Counted from the stretch's first letter, positions 1-9,788 are shown. The stretch is DNA of 64,000 bases from an uncultured Victivallis sp. (GCA_964600895.1 CAZRKP010000005.1:118068-182067), one strand, 5' to 3'. The notes: a model not told the origin generated them from the sequence alone. Translations and numbers: made by a program.

Positions 1-52
1 GAATGTATTCGGGATTCTTCCTGAACATCGATTTCATCCTGTCGCTCATCAT
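1..52 (-). CDS. 5' end of an unidentified CDS that runs off the left edge
   Basis: GGAGG (complement of 61-66) lies 8 nt upstream of ATGATG (52..47). The frame stays open to position 1. An alternative ATG at 71 is in another frame. The fragment is too short to name. Confidence 0.3.
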   Translation of the reverse strand, partial: MMSDRMKSMFRKNPEYI

Positions 53-77
53 GGATATTTTCCTCCTTCATAAGATT

Positions 78-112
78 TTTTAACCACAGAACACACGAAA
101 CACACAGAATTC
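78..112. repeat. CACAGAA-word repeat element: three ~8-9 bp units preceded by TTTTAACC
   Basis: 'ttttaaccacagaacacacgaaacacacagaattc'. The same architecture occurs at 10531-10563 and, inverted, at 10806-10837. Variants occur at 39646, 40307 and 45781. Confidence 0.7.
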
Positions 113-192
113 TCAATTATGCCAAAGAATTTATCATTAATATTAATATCTTGCGTTCAATAATATATGCAGTATTATTATGAACATGAAAG

Positions 193-316
193 AATGGGTG
201 GATGGATGACAGGATTGATGGATGATTGGGTAGAATATACAAATTAGTTATTGAGATGATTATTAATAGATTTCCTGAGTTTTCAAACCCATCCATCCAA
301 TCATCCATTCATCCAG
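193..316. repeat. GGATG-word arm (193-233) and CATCC-word arm (288-316) in inverted orientation, immediately upstream of an AraC gene
   Basis: The arms are built from GGATG(A/G)NT and CATCC words. A 12-bp perfect complement links 218-229 to 297-308. The arm ends 11 nt before the ATG at 328. Confidence 0.7.
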
Positions 317-327
317 AATAGGCAATT

Positions 328-1188
328 ATGAAACCATCTGCACGGCGCAAATACTACAAGGAGTTCCATGACCTGACGGGATATGGATTCCCGGAAGTGC
401 CTCTTTTCGGTGCATACAAATTCGACAAGGCTATCGAACCACTGCAGATCCACACCCACAGCGCATTCGAGATCTGCTATCTGGTGGAGGGCAGGCAGAA
501 CTACCGTGCGTTCGGACGTGACTACCTTCTCAAAGGCGGAGATCTTTTCATAACCCGTCCTGATGAACCGCACAGCACCGGAAAACAGCCTCAGGAGAAG
601 GGAAGCCTTTTCTGGCTGCATCTAATGGCTCCGAAGAAGAACAGACCGTTCCTCGGACTTCATCCGGCTTTTGGAGCGGATCTTTATGCGGAACTGTCCA
701 CTGTCCAGGAAAAATGTTTCCTGGCATCGGCACAGATACGCGAGCTCTTTGAACGGCTTTATGCCCAACTTTCTGTTCCGGAGACTCCTTCAAGGAAGAT
801 ACTGATGGGGAATATACTTGTCTCACTGATAATGGAGATCTCAAGATGCGGACAGAATCTCCAGCGCAGTGGTGTCGGGAACCTGAACAGGATCATCCAA
901 TTCATGAACGAAAAGGCGGAATCGAGGATAAGCGTCCCTGAAATGGCGAAATTCATGGGTCTTTCGGTGTCGAGGTTCAAGGCGAGGTTCAGGCAGGAGA
1001 CCGGCATGCCTCCGGCAGAATATTTCCTGCGCCTGCGGATCGCAAAGGCCAGGGAGTTCCTTGAATCAGGAATGGGAAATGTCGGCGACGCATCGTTACG
1101 CTACAATTTCTCTTCATCACAACACTTCGCGACCACCTTCAAGCGGTTCACGGGGAAAAGCCCGTCTGAACTTATAAAAGTTGAATGA
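328..1188 (+). CDS. AraC family transcriptional regulator (N-terminal cupin-like sensor, C-terminal AraC HTH)
   Basis: The C-terminus 'MAKFMGLSVSRFKARFRQETGMPPAEYFLRLRIAKAREFL...FSSSQHFATTFKRFTGKSPSE' is a typical AraC double HTH. The N-terminus 'HTHSAFEICYLVEG...GDLFITRPDEPH' is cupin-like. Confidence 0.9.
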   Translation: MKPSARRKYYKEFHDLTGYGFPEVPLFGAYKFDKAIEPLQIHTHSAFEICYLVEGRQNYRAFGRDYLLKGGDLFITRPDEPHSTGKQPQEKGSLFWLHLMAPKKNRPFLGLHPAFGADLYAELSTVQEKCFLASAQIRELFERLYAQLSVPETPSRKILMGNILVSLIMEISRCGQNLQRSGVGNLNRIIQFMNEKAESRISVPEMAKFMGLSVSRFKARFRQETGMPPAEYFLRLRIAKAREFLESGMGNVGDASLRYNFSSSQHFATTFKRFTGKSPSELIKVE

Positions 1189-1213
1189 AAAATACCTTCG
1201 CCTGAAGGAATTT

Positions 1214-3031
1214 TTATTCATACAGTTCGTAGATCACGCATTTGCCGTTTTCCATCACGTATGGCTTGGCGAATTTCCTGAAATCCCTGAAGAAGGTGAA
1301 TTTACCGAGATAGTTGTCGTTGACGGACCCGCCTTCATGCATGATATACCTGATGTTTCTTTTCCTGAGTTCTGCAAGCATTGAAGGTATATCTCCGTCC
1401 TTGAAGAGGAATGAAAGTTCCGGACTCCAGACCGGTATCAGCATAATCCCCCTCTGAGGGTTGGATGACAGGGCTGCATGGAAGAAGGGACTGTCACTGA
1501 TGATCTTTGAATTGTCCGGTAGTGGTTCCACATAGGCGAATATCCTGTTTCCCACGAAATTCATCGGTGCAAAGGCCGCGGTCGTGATATCACCGGAATT
1601 CAAGCGCCATATCGGCATGGGAACGGTAATATCCTGAATGAATGAGATCAGGAAAATTACTCCGAGAATGAAATAAGCAATCTTCTTCTTTGACATCGTC
1701 CAAAGAGAAAAGGCTCCACCGCAGAGGATGGATAGGACGATTATTGCCGGACTGAGCACCCTCACCGAATAGAAGAATCCTCCGTTGGTCTGTCCGACAG
1801 AATATATCCATAGGACGAATATTATTGCGGCGGAAACCACCAGATATCCATATTTCCTGAACAGCAGAACTGATGCGATGATTCCTATTGTTGCCTGTAT
1901 CGGGGCTGTAAAGAGCAGTGAGGTGGCAAGATAATTGAGCTTCATCATCGGATGGTTGGAAAAACCGAAATACTGTTCGTATGCATTAAAGATTCCACAG
2001 CGGACTTCGTTTACCGGGAATAATCCACCTAATGACGAAATGCTGTAGAAGGGGTTGCCACTCAAGATCCATGTGCGGATGTACCACGGAGCCGCAAGAA
2101 CCATGACTGTCAATATATAAACTCCTATCAATTTAGCGTTTTCCTTCCGCCATAGGCAGACCAGGATCCCGCAGACCAGGAACGTGCATCCGTATTCGCG
2201 GGAAAGTGCGCCGAGGGATGTTGCAAATCCCGCGAGGATCATCGACTTGACAGTCCCCTTATCGTTTTCCGTGAGATAGTATATTGTCGCCGCTAGGGAA
2301 AGGGCGGTCAAACCGGTCTCCTGTCCCATGACCACGGAAAAGAAAGCGAGAGTAGACGTTGCCAGGATGATTGCCGCAAATACACCCGCTTGGGCAGAAG
2401 AGAAAAGTTTTTCTGATATCCTGTATGCAAGCCACAGCAGCAGGCAGTATTGAAGTGTGACGAGTAGTCCGGTAAGTATCATTTCCGGTCTGCCATAGGA
2501 CGCATAGAGCCAGTAATAGGAGAATGAGACAAGCGGGGGAATTCCGTCGACATAGAAATAGCTGCTGAAATCTTCTGCGGTCAGTGGCGGATAGAAGCTG
2601 ATGTTGCCGGTCTCGAGGATCTTAAGGGCCAGATGGTTCCATCTGAACTCCGCATCGCAGTAGTTGAACGGCTGGAGCACGCTTCTAAGGAGCATGAGCA
2701 CCGATACCGCAGCCAGCGGGACCAGGAAAGGAAGTTGTTTCGAAATGCCGGAAAAATCAACCTGTACGTTGAATTCTGAGGACTTGGAATCCCTGATCCG
2801 GTAATTCAGGACCAGAAGCACTCCGGACACGGCCACCAATACTGACAAAACCGATGGAAAGCTTATCCTTATGCCGATGACAGCAAGCCAGAAAATGCAC
2901 TGGAAGAGGATGACCGAGGAGATCATGAAGTCCGACAGGATACTGTGCCTGGCTCCGAGTAGCCTGGTGAACAGGAAACCTGTGAGGAAGAATCCTGTTA
3001 TGATTCCCAATGTTAGTAAAATGGCATGCAT
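1214..3031 (-). CDS. Polytopic membrane protein, possibly a GT-C-fold (ArnT/PMT-like) glycosyltransferase
   Basis: More than 10 hydrophobic segments are followed by a soluble C-terminal domain. The longest ORF starts at TTG 3133 and would overlap the divergent gene. ATG 3031 ('MHAILLTLG') avoids that overlap. The function is only a family-level guess. Confidence 0.55.
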   Translation of the reverse strand: MHAILLTLGIITGFFLTGFLFTRLLGARHSILSDFMISSVILFQCIFWLAVIGIRISFPSVLSVLVAVSGVLLVLNYRIRDSKSSEFNVQVDFSGISKQLPFLVPLAAVSVLMLLRSVLQPFNYCDAEFRWNHLALKILETGNISFYPPLTAEDFSSYFYVDGIPPLVSFSYYWLYASYGRPEMILTGLLVTLQYCLLLWLAYRISEKLFSSAQAGVFAAIILATSTLAFFSVVMGQETGLTALSLAATIYYLTENDKGTVKSMILAGFATSLGALSREYGCTFLVCGILVCLWRKENAKLIGVYILTVMVLAAPWYIRTWILSGNPFYSISSLGGLFPVNEVRCGIFNAYEQYFGFSNHPMMKLNYLATSLLFTAPIQATIGIIASVLLFRKYGYLVVSAAIIFVLWIYSVGQTNGGFFYSVRVLSPAIIVLSILCGGAFSLWTMSKKKIAYFILGVIFLISFIQDITVPMPIWRLNSGDITTAAFAPMNFVGNRIFAYVEPLPDNSKIISDSPFFHAALSSNPQRGIMLIPVWSPELSFLFKDGDIPSMLAELRKRNIRYIMHEGGSVNDNYLGKFTFFRDFRKFAKPYVMENGKCVIYELYE

Positions 3032-3078
3032 GCTGTAAATTATTGCCTCGGATAAAGGAAATTTAGGAAAGTTAGCAT

Positions 3079-4008
3079 ATGGTGCCCAAAAGTAAATTTT
3101 TACCGGTTCAAAATTTCCCATTTCCATTAACAACCTGTCTCACGATTCTGCTGTTTACAGGCATTTCACTGCCTTTACTGTTCTCACAGAATGAGAAGCC
3201 TTCCATGAAACAGCCGGAAAATGCCGTAGCAGGGGAAAAGGATGCCAAACCAGTGTATCGTCAGCCTTTTCTCCTGAAACTGAACATGGACAAGAAGCAA
3301 AAGCACGAGCAGAAATTTGACAAGACTCCATATGTGCTGGAAAACTCAATATATATATTTCCTGGGGAATCCTTCGGTGTGAACGTATCGGTGCAAAAGG
3401 ACGAGATATCGATGATCAGCTATCAGAAGGATGTCACCAAGGCCGATATTGAATTTTCCTTCAAGCAGGAGCCTGAAGAGAAAGGCGATTTCATGATGAT
3501 GCTTGCGATCGTGAATAAGCTTAAGAAGACCATATATGTCGACGCATTCATGTCGCTGCCCGGAAAGAAGGATGCGGAGCCTGTGACAATCCTTCCGATT
3601 GAGCCGGGTCAGAGTGGAAATGAGATGTGGCCTCAGCCGATCGTGCAGCTTATCCTGGTCAATCTGAGATTCAGTGAAAAAGCCGCCGTGATAGCCAAGC
3701 CGAAGGAATTGCCGAAGAAGGATCCACCGAAACCCGTCGAACAGAAGGCTGATCCAAAGAAGACCGGAAGGCTGAAGATTGAGAATACGCTTTATGAGGA
3801 CAGGAATGGTGATGGCAGGATTGATTATGAGTCAAAGAATGACAATCCTGGTGGACCAGACGGACTTGTCACATACAAGATCGACGACGACTTTGATGGG
3901 TTCTACGACAGGCAGGTCACAGAAGGCGGCATTGATGGGGGGCATAAGGAAAAGAAGATCCATGTGGAGGTATCACCCATAAAAGGTCTTAAATATCCGA
4001 ACCAGTAA
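3079..4008 (+). CDS. Hypothetical secreted protein
   Basis: N-terminal hydrophobic segment 'LTTCLTILLFTGISLPLLF'. A Lys/Pro-rich linker is followed by the Asp-rich segment 'DRNGDGRIDYESKNDNPGGPDG'. No family was recognised. Confidence 0.6.
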   Translation: MVPKSKFLPVQNFPFPLTTCLTILLFTGISLPLLFSQNEKPSMKQPENAVAGEKDAKPVYRQPFLLKLNMDKKQKHEQKFDKTPYVLENSIYIFPGESFGVNVSVQKDEISMISYQKDVTKADIEFSFKQEPEEKGDFMMMLAIVNKLKKTIYVDAFMSLPGKKDAEPVTILPIEPGQSGNEMWPQPIVQLILVNLRFSEKAAVIAKPKELPKKDPPKPVEQKADPKKTGRLKIENTLYEDRNGDGRIDYESKNDNPGGPDGLVTYKIDDDFDGFYDRQVTEGGIDGGHKEKKIHVEVSPIKGLKYPNQ

Positions 4009-4078
4009 CTTCCTGATTTTTCAAAAAATATTTCCTTTCCATACTTGACTCCGTATAATATTGTATTAATTTAACTGG

Positions 4079-4097
4079 TAACTGGTCTGACCAGTTA
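4079..4097. promoter_or_regulatory. 19-bp perfect palindrome TAACTGGTC-T-GACCAGTTA, a candidate GntR/FadR-type operator
   Basis: Read directly from the sequence. It lies 46 nt upstream of ATG 4143 and 20 nt downstream of a TATAAT at 4054-4059. The TGGTNNNACCA core matches the general GntR-family operator pattern. Confidence 0.45.
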
Positions 4098-4142
4098 TTC
4101 GTATGCAATTTGCTGATAACTAATATTATAGGAGATTTTAAT

Positions 4143-5576
4143 ATGACATTATTTAAAAGTTTATGTTATCCTTTAGGAACTTCAGTGATTGCTGTAGTCT
4201 TTTTTGGAGCAACATCAATAAAAAGTCTTGCCGCCGATGTCTTCATTCTTCCGGAAGGAGCTGGAGCAAAGGACGGATCAAACTGGGAAAATGCCAGGTC
4301 CGGAACACCAGAAGATTTTCAGAACGTTTGGAGCGCATTAGCACCATCAGAAACTCTTTTTGTCGGAAGCGGAACGTATCCGGAAGTTGCAATTTCCGCA
4401 GAAAAGGGAGGAGAGGCGGACAAACCTGTAAAGATCGTCGGTGTTGACCGCGGACAGGGGCTCCCCCTCTTCACCAGCAAGTTCGACAAGGATGCTGCAA
4501 ATCCCGGAAAGACCGGAGCTGTTTTCTTCGAGGCGATGACAGGTGCATCCAATTTTGAACTGAGCAATCTCCATCTGAAAGGATATAACAATGGAATCCT
4601 TTTGAAAGGGCAGAACTCCAATATTAAGATATCAAAGATGAACATTGAGAACTCGCGCGAATGCATCCGGAGCGAAGGTGGCGCAACGGCTGAAAATCTC
4701 GAGAAGGGATCCCATGATGTTGATATCAGCGACTGCAGGTTCATCAACTTCACGAAGCGCGGTATACGCCTGCAGAACGGAAACTACAAGTGGAGGATAG
4801 AACGCTGTTATGCCGACGCCGGTGGCAAGGAATGGGGAACTGAGATATTCCCGATCTGCTACCATGTCATCGGAGATTCGGAAGCACTTGCCAACAGAAA
4901 GACCGGATATAAGCCTGTATTGATTGACCACCACATCGAATTCATAGACTGTGCTGCAATGAACGCCTACTGTGAATCAACCAAGAAAGGATCATCAGGC
5001 GACAAGGCCTACTGGAACGGTGATGGGTTCTGCGTGGAAAATGACTGCCATGACATCTCCTACAACAGATGCGTCTCCATGCACCACACAGACGGCGGAT
5101 GGGATGACAAGTCGGTCGCTCCCGTATATAAGGACTGTGTAGCCATGGACAACAAGCGAAACATCAGGATCCACAAGGGAACCGGTGCAAAAATGATCAA
5201 CTGTCTCACGGGATTCTCATTCAAGCGTGGAGGAAGTGGCCCCGCCTCGGAAATATGGACTGATGGCAGCATTGACGTAATTAACTCCACTATTATCAGC
5301 AATGGTTCCCTTCCTGTGGAGATCATGTATGGAAACTCTCCGGATGCCAAGCTGACATTCAAGGATTCTATATTTGTGATAAAAGGAAATGCTGAACTGC
5401 CAAAGAGCGAGCAGGTCAAACTTGTAGATTCAGTAATCCAAAAGGACGACGATCCTGCAACAGATGTCGGGATCAGCGCCACGAAAGACACTGGATGGAA
5501 AGAACTGGTCAAAACCTATGACAGCTCCAAGTATGGGGATTCAAAGGGATTCAGCAGCACGCGCTGGGGAAAGTAA
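4143..5576 (+). CDS. Secreted right-handed parallel beta-helix repeat protein (pectate-lyase-fold)
   Basis: Signal peptide '[33 protein letters not shown]'. The motif '[13 protein letters not shown]' and the following repetitive N/G/I-rich turns are typical of beta-helix proteins. AGGAG sits 8 nt before ATG 4143. Confidence 0.75.
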   Translation: MTLFKSLCYPLGTSVIAVVFFGATSIKSLAADVFILPEGAGAKDGSNWENARSGTPEDFQNVWSALAPSETLFVGSGTYPEVAISAEKGGEADKPVKIVGVDRGQGLPLFTSKFDKDAANPGKTGAVFFEAMTGASNFELSNLHLKGYNNGILLKGQNSNIKISKMNIENSRECIRSEGGATAENLEKGSHDVDISDCRFINFTKRGIRLQNGNYKWRIERCYADAGGKEWGTEIFPICYHVIGDSEALANRKTGYKPVLIDHHIEFIDCAAMNAYCESTKKGSSGDKAYWNGDGFCVENDCHDISYNRCVSMHHTDGGWDDKSVAPVYKDCVAMDNKRNIRIHKGTGAKMINCLTGFSFKRGGSGPASEIWTDGSIDVINSTIISNGSLPVEIMYGNSPDAKLTFKDSIFVIKGNAELPKSEQVKLVDSVIQKDDDPATDVGISATKDTGWKELVKTYDSSKYGDSKGFSSTRWGK

Positions 5577-5578
5577 AA

Positions 5579-6340
5579 ATGGAGATAAAAAGGAAAAACC
5601 CAGATCCAAGATGCAAGATGCTAGTTGCTGGATTTTTCCATCCGGTATCCAGCATCCGGCATCCAGTATCTATCTTTACTCTTATCGAGCTGCTCGTGGT
5701 AATTGCCATCATTGCGATACTCGCAGCCCTGCTCCTGCCGGCCCTCAAACGTGCAAAGGACGTGGCTCAGTGCATAAAATGCCTGGGTAATCTAAGGCAG
5801 ATCGGTGTTGCAGAAAGCCTATATCTTGTCGATAATAGCCCTTATTATCTCCCATGGGAGGTTGACAATGTGAAATGGTTCGAAAACGAATCCTTCAGGG
5901 ACTACATGAACGCTCCGAAGAACAGTTCCGGTTATCAGTATGGAATGATATGCCCTGTATCAAAGGCGGCGATGGTCGCGACCTCCGAGATCGCCAGCAT
6001 GAACGGAAGTTATGGCAAGAACGCCGAGAACAGTAGAAAACCTTCCTACGGAGAATACCAGTCCATATACATTCCTGAGCCCAGGGTGAAAAGCCACGCC
6101 ATACATCCTCTTTACATGGATTCCATGGTTGGAGGACAGACCTCCCTCAATGACCGTTATCAGTATGTCGACGAGGACAATCCGACCGGTTACAACAGGT
6201 ATGGAGTTACGGCATATCGCCATTATAAGAACGCCAACGTGGTATATTTCGACATGCACGCTTCGACCACGCCTAAAAAGCTGGTTGTCGGAGTTGACAC
6301 CAATGATGCAAACCGAATATGGCTCTACTGGTACAAATAA
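5579..6340 (+). CDS. Prepilin-type N-terminal cleavage/methylation domain protein (DUF1559-like)
   Basis: '[29 protein letters not shown]' is the canonical type IV pilin-like N-terminus. The start is uncertain (ATG 5579 or 5618). The leader is encoded by a CATCC-word repeat at 5638-5670. Confidence 0.8.
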   Translation: MEIKRKNPDPRCKMLVAGFFHPVSSIRHPVSIFTLIELLVVIAIIAILAALLLPALKRAKDVAQCIKCLGNLRQIGVAESLYLVDNSPYYLPWEVDNVKWFENESFRDYMNAPKNSSGYQYGMICPVSKAAMVATSEIASMNGSYGKNAENSRKPSYGEYQSIYIPEPRVKSHAIHPLYMDSMVGGQTSLNDRYQYVDEDNPTGYNRYGVTAYRHYKNANVVYFDMHASTTPKKLVVGVDTNDANRIWLYWYK

Positions 6341-6369
6341 AATGCTTTATGGAGGTAATTTCAAAATAT

Positions 6370-6457
6370 GAATTCAGGAGCCAGAATCCAGGAGTCAGAA
6401 TTAAATTTGAACTCAAATTAGATTTATTCTGAATCCTGACTACTGAATTCTGACTAC
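6370..6457. repeat. Imperfect inverted repeat of TCAGAAT/CAGGAG words around a small central palindrome
   Basis: 'gaattcaggagccagaatccaggagtcagaatt' (6370-6402) faces 'attctgaatcctgactactgaattctgactac' (6426-6457). The centre is 'aatttgaactcaaatt'. Confidence 0.7.
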
Positions 6458-6511
6458 TTTTGAAATTGGCTCAATGGGTGCTTGGTTAGAAATGAAAGGA
6501 AAATTCATATA

Positions 6512-7519
6512 ATGAAATCGAGATCTGAACATTTTAAGAAAATGCTTTTGAAGCAAAGCTTTACCGTCGGCAAATGCATTCCTTCGGAAAGGCAGCTTGC
6601 TGAAAAATACGGAGTAAGCCGGGCGACGATAGGAAGGGTCATCTCCGAACTCGTGTCCGAAGGACTGCTTGAGCGGAAATGGGGAAAGGGAGTCTTCTAT
6701 CTTGGCAGCCAGCCGAAACACATCTTCGTCCTTTTCCAGGTGAATTCGATGATGCGCTCCGCAAATCCAAACTCCTGGTTCGTACCACTCGACATACTGA
6801 AGGGGATACTTGCGGCGTCAAGGAACAGGATAACTGTCGACCTCTGTGAAACCGCGGATGAGATCCTGAAACTTGCATCGCCCCCGCTACAGGGAGTCAT
6901 CAAGATGGGAGATGACGAAGAACAGCTGAAAAAGATCCCGGAAAATCTTCCTTGCGTGCTGGTGAACTGCCATGAATCTTCCACCCTGCCCTCAGTCCGC
7001 TGCAAGGTGAAGGAAGGAGTGGCGAAAGGGGTGGCATACCTTATTGGCAAAGGCTATTCGAAGATCGCATATATTGGAGGTCCTCTTTCAAACACAAGCC
7101 AGAGGCTGCGTTTCGAAGGATACAGGGATGCCATGATAGGAAAAGGACTTCCTCTCGTCCAGGAAATGATCATTGAATGCTCCTACGGTTCTGATGAGGG
7201 AGAGAAGGCCATGTCCCAGATCCTCGATACAGGGATCAGACCTGATGCGGTGATGTGCGCCGATGATCTCAGGGCCATGGGCGCCTATCAGGCAGTGAAG
7301 AAGGCTGGGCTCAGCGTCCCAAAAGACGTGAAGCTTCTGGGATTCGATGACGTTCCCGACGCAATCAATTTCGAGGTTCCTCTGAGTACGCTCAGATATC
7401 CAAGGTTTGAAATGGGCGAAAAGGCCGTGGAAATGCTGACCGGCATCATCAATGGGAGATCTGATGTGAAGCTTGAGGAAAAACTTGAGATGAAATTGGT
7501 TCTCCGCGAGAGCTGTTAA
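6512..7519 (+). CDS. Transcriptional regulator with a GntR-type winged HTH fused to a LacI/PBP1-like sugar-binding domain
   Basis: N-terminus 'IPSERQLAEKYGVSRATIGRVISELVSEGLLERKWGKGVFY' is a GntR HTH. C-terminus 'AYIGGPLSNTSQRLRFEGYRDAM...VMCADDLRAMGAYQAVKKAGLSVPKDVKLLGFDD' is a LacI-type effector domain. ATG 6512 is preferred over TTG 6482. Confidence 0.85.
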   Translation: MKSRSEHFKKMLLKQSFTVGKCIPSERQLAEKYGVSRATIGRVISELVSEGLLERKWGKGVFYLGSQPKHIFVLFQVNSMMRSANPNSWFVPLDILKGILAASRNRITVDLCETADEILKLASPPLQGVIKMGDDEEQLKKIPENLPCVLVNCHESSTLPSVRCKVKEGVAKGVAYLIGKGYSKIAYIGGPLSNTSQRLRFEGYRDAMIGKGLPLVQEMIIECSYGSDEGEKAMSQILDTGIRPDAVMCADDLRAMGAYQAVKKAGLSVPKDVKLLGFDDVPDAINFEVPLSTLRYPRFEMGEKAVEMLTGIINGRSDVKLEEKLEMKLVLRESC

Positions 7520-7539
7520 TTAAACAAGGAGTGCAAGAT

Positions 7540-8601
7540 ATGAAGAAACTGACTTTAAGCGTAGTCGGAGGAGGTTTTGGAGGAAGACTGAGCATGGACG
7601 GGATCAAGGACTCGTCCATGTTCGAACTGAAGGCAGTGACCGACATCAGGCCTGAGACCTGCAGGGAACTTGAACAGAAGTATCCTGGTATCAGGACATT
7701 CTGCGATCACAGGGAAATGTTCGAGGTTTGTCCTACGGACGTCGTTTGCGTGAGTACATATCCCCCGAGCCATGAACCGATAACCATGGATGCATTGAAG
7801 CTTCCCCTCAAGGGAATACTTGTTGAAAAACCTCTCGGGCACACGGCGGCTTCCGGCCGTGCAATCCTTGAAGCTGTGAGGAAAAAGGGGATTCCCATGG
7901 CCGTCCCACATGGAATGCTTGTGAAAAAAGTTCCGACCGAAGTCATTGAACGCGTCCGCAGGGGTGACATAGGCGAACTCAAGCTCATAGAGATTGAAAA
8001 TGACAAGTGGGACATCATCAACGCCGGAATCCACTGGCTGAACTGGACAGTGAACCTTCTCAACAACGAACCTTTCAAGTATGTGATGGCAAGCATTGAC
8101 GCCGGCACGCGCACATACCGCGACGGCATGCAGGTTGAAACCCTTGCAGTGACCTATGCGGAGACAAAGAGCGGAATACGTGTAGTCATGAATACCGGAG
8201 ACTATGTGACTGTCAACACAAAGGGTCATGGAACTCTCTTCAGGATAGTCGGAATGCTCGGGGTCATTGAGTTCTATGGATGGGAAGACGCTTATTATAT
8301 CTGCAACAGGGAGTTTCCTGACGGCAAGACCATAAAACCCGATGAATTTCCAGTGAAAGGACATCGAGCACATCTCGAGAACATGGCAAAGATGATCGAA
8401 TCCGGAAAGATCAGCTATGCAATACCGGAAAGTTCCCTGACCGCCCTGGAGATCTGCGAGGCAGCATATGTCTCCGGAAAGAACAGGTGCATGGTCACAT
8501 TCCCGTTTGAAAAATTCAAGGTTCCATCCCCGGTCAACTGGGAACCAGGCCAACCTTATTCAGGAAAGGATGGCGGACGAGACGGAAGGAAGCTGGCATA
8601 G
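7540..8601 (+). CDS. Gfo/Idh/MocA family oxidoreductase
   Basis: 'LTLSVVGGGFGGR' Rossmann N-terminus, plus 'LVEKPL'. AGGAG sits 8 nt upstream of ATG 7540. The ORF-track GTG 7531 is less likely. Confidence 0.85.
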   Translation: MKKLTLSVVGGGFGGRLSMDGIKDSSMFELKAVTDIRPETCRELEQKYPGIRTFCDHREMFEVCPTDVVCVSTYPPSHEPITMDALKLPLKGILVEKPLGHTAASGRAILEAVRKKGIPMAVPHGMLVKKVPTEVIERVRRGDIGELKLIEIENDKWDIINAGIHWLNWTVNLLNNEPFKYVMASIDAGTRTYRDGMQVETLAVTYAETKSGIRVVMNTGDYVTVNTKGHGTLFRIVGMLGVIEFYGWEDAYYICNREFPDGKTIKPDEFPVKGHRAHLENMAKMIESGKISYAIPESSLTALEICEAAYVSGKNRCMVTFPFEKFKVPSPVNWEPGQPYSGKDGGRDGRKLA

Positions 8602-8616
8602 GAAGAAATGAAAATA

Positions 8617-8647
8617 GAAGTCAGGACACAGAATTCAGAATAAAGGA
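8617..8647. repeat. Single arm of the TCAGAAT/CAGGA word repeat
   Basis: 'agaagtcaggacacagaattcagaataaagg' lies between the two oxidoreductase genes. Confidence 0.5.
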
Positions 8648-8655
8648 ATTTTCAT

Positions 8656-9732
8656 ATGAACAAAAGAATTGAATTTGGGATTATCGGTGGAGGATGGAGG
8701 GCGGAATTTTTCCTCAGGATAGCGCAGGCGCTTCCCGAAAGGTTCGGAATTACCGCCATGATGGTGCGCAACCCGGAAAAAGGAGCGGTCATAGAATCCA
8801 CCTGGGGAGTGAAGACCTACAGCAATATGGATGAGTTCCTTCAGAAGTCGAAACATTCATTCGTTGTAGTTTCAGTTCCTTCAGACATCGCAGGAAAGAT
8901 CGTAACGGATCTTGCAGGGAAAAAGGTCCCAGTCCTGATGGAAACACCACCAGCCAAGGATCTCAACGGACTTACCACCCTCTTCAATGCTGTCGGTTCA
9001 AGTGCCATGGTCCAGGTGGCGGAACAATACGCCTTCCAGCCCATACATGCGGCCCGTCTCAACTTCATCAGTTCAAAAAGACTTGGTGACATAAGCCAGG
9101 CCCAGGTTTCAGTGACCCATGACTATCACGGCATAAGCCTGATGCGCAGATTCCTGGACATCGGCTTTGAAAACGCCACGATCCGTGGATTTTCCTTCAA
9201 GGCCCCGATAGTCTCAGGTCCCGGGCGCAATGGTCCTCCGGAAAGCGAGAAGATCAACATGTCCGGACATTCCATCGCGTCCTTTGAATTCGACGGGAAA
9301 CTTGGCATATATGATTTTACTTTTGACCAGTATTTCTCATGGATAAGGACGCCGAGGGTGCTGATACGCGGTGAACGGGGAGAGATCAACAACAGCATGA
9401 TCAACTATCTCGAGGAATTCAAATCACCGATCCGTACGGAGTTCATCAGGCAGGAGGCCGGACAGGACGGAAACCTGGAAGGCCATTACCTGAAAGGAAT
9501 CCTGGCCTGTGGTGAATGGTTCTACAGGAATCCATTTGTTCCCGGCAGGCTGTCCGACGACGAAATAGCGATAGCGACCTGTCTTGAGAAGATGAGCCTG
9601 TTCGTGGAAAACAGAATTGACTTCTATAGCCTGGCTGAAGCATGCCAGGATGCTTATCTGGGCATTTTGATGAACAGGGCAATCGCCTCAGGCGAACAGA
9701 TCAGGACTGAAAAGCAGGTCTGGGCTCCTTAA
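8656..9732 (+). CDS. Gfo/Idh/MocA family oxidoreductase (second, divergent copy)
   Basis: 'IEFGIIGGGWRAEFFLRIA' N-terminal dinucleotide-binding motif, plus 'LMETPPA'. Confidence 0.8.
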   Translation: MNKRIEFGIIGGGWRAEFFLRIAQALPERFGITAMMVRNPEKGAVIESTWGVKTYSNMDEFLQKSKHSFVVVSVPSDIAGKIVTDLAGKKVPVLMETPPAKDLNGLTTLFNAVGSSAMVQVAEQYAFQPIHAARLNFISSKRLGDISQAQVSVTHDYHGISLMRRFLDIGFENATIRGFSFKAPIVSGPGRNGPPESEKINMSGHSIASFEFDGKLGIYDFTFDQYFSWIRTPRVLIRGERGEINNSMINYLEEFKSPIRTEFIRQEAGQDGNLEGHYLKGILACGEWFYRNPFVPGRLSDDEIAIATCLEKMSLFVENRIDFYSLAEACQDAYLGILMNRAIASGEQIRTEKQVWAP

Positions 9733-9739
9733 GAAAATA

Positions 9740-9768
9740 AAAAACCCGCCTTTCGGGCGGGTTTTTAA
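9740..9768. terminator. Bidirectional rho-independent terminator
   Basis: 'aaaaacccgcc-tttcg-ggcgggttttt' is an 11-bp stem flanked by an A-run and a T-run. It sits between two convergent genes. Confidence 0.9.
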
Positions 9769-9788
9769 TATCGAAAATAGCAGAGCTA

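Noticed and set aside
4045-4059. TTGACT (4045-4050) plus TATAAT (4054-4059) as a sigma-70 promoter pair
   Set aside because: The hexamers are only 3 nt apart, far from the 16-18-nt spacing a promoter requires. Only the TATAAT is mentioned, as a possible -10 box.
7555-8553. A 332-aa ORF antisense to the Gfo/Idh/MocA gene
   Set aside because: It lies fully inside a well-supported plus-strand gene and has no recognisable motifs. It is a typical shadow ORF.
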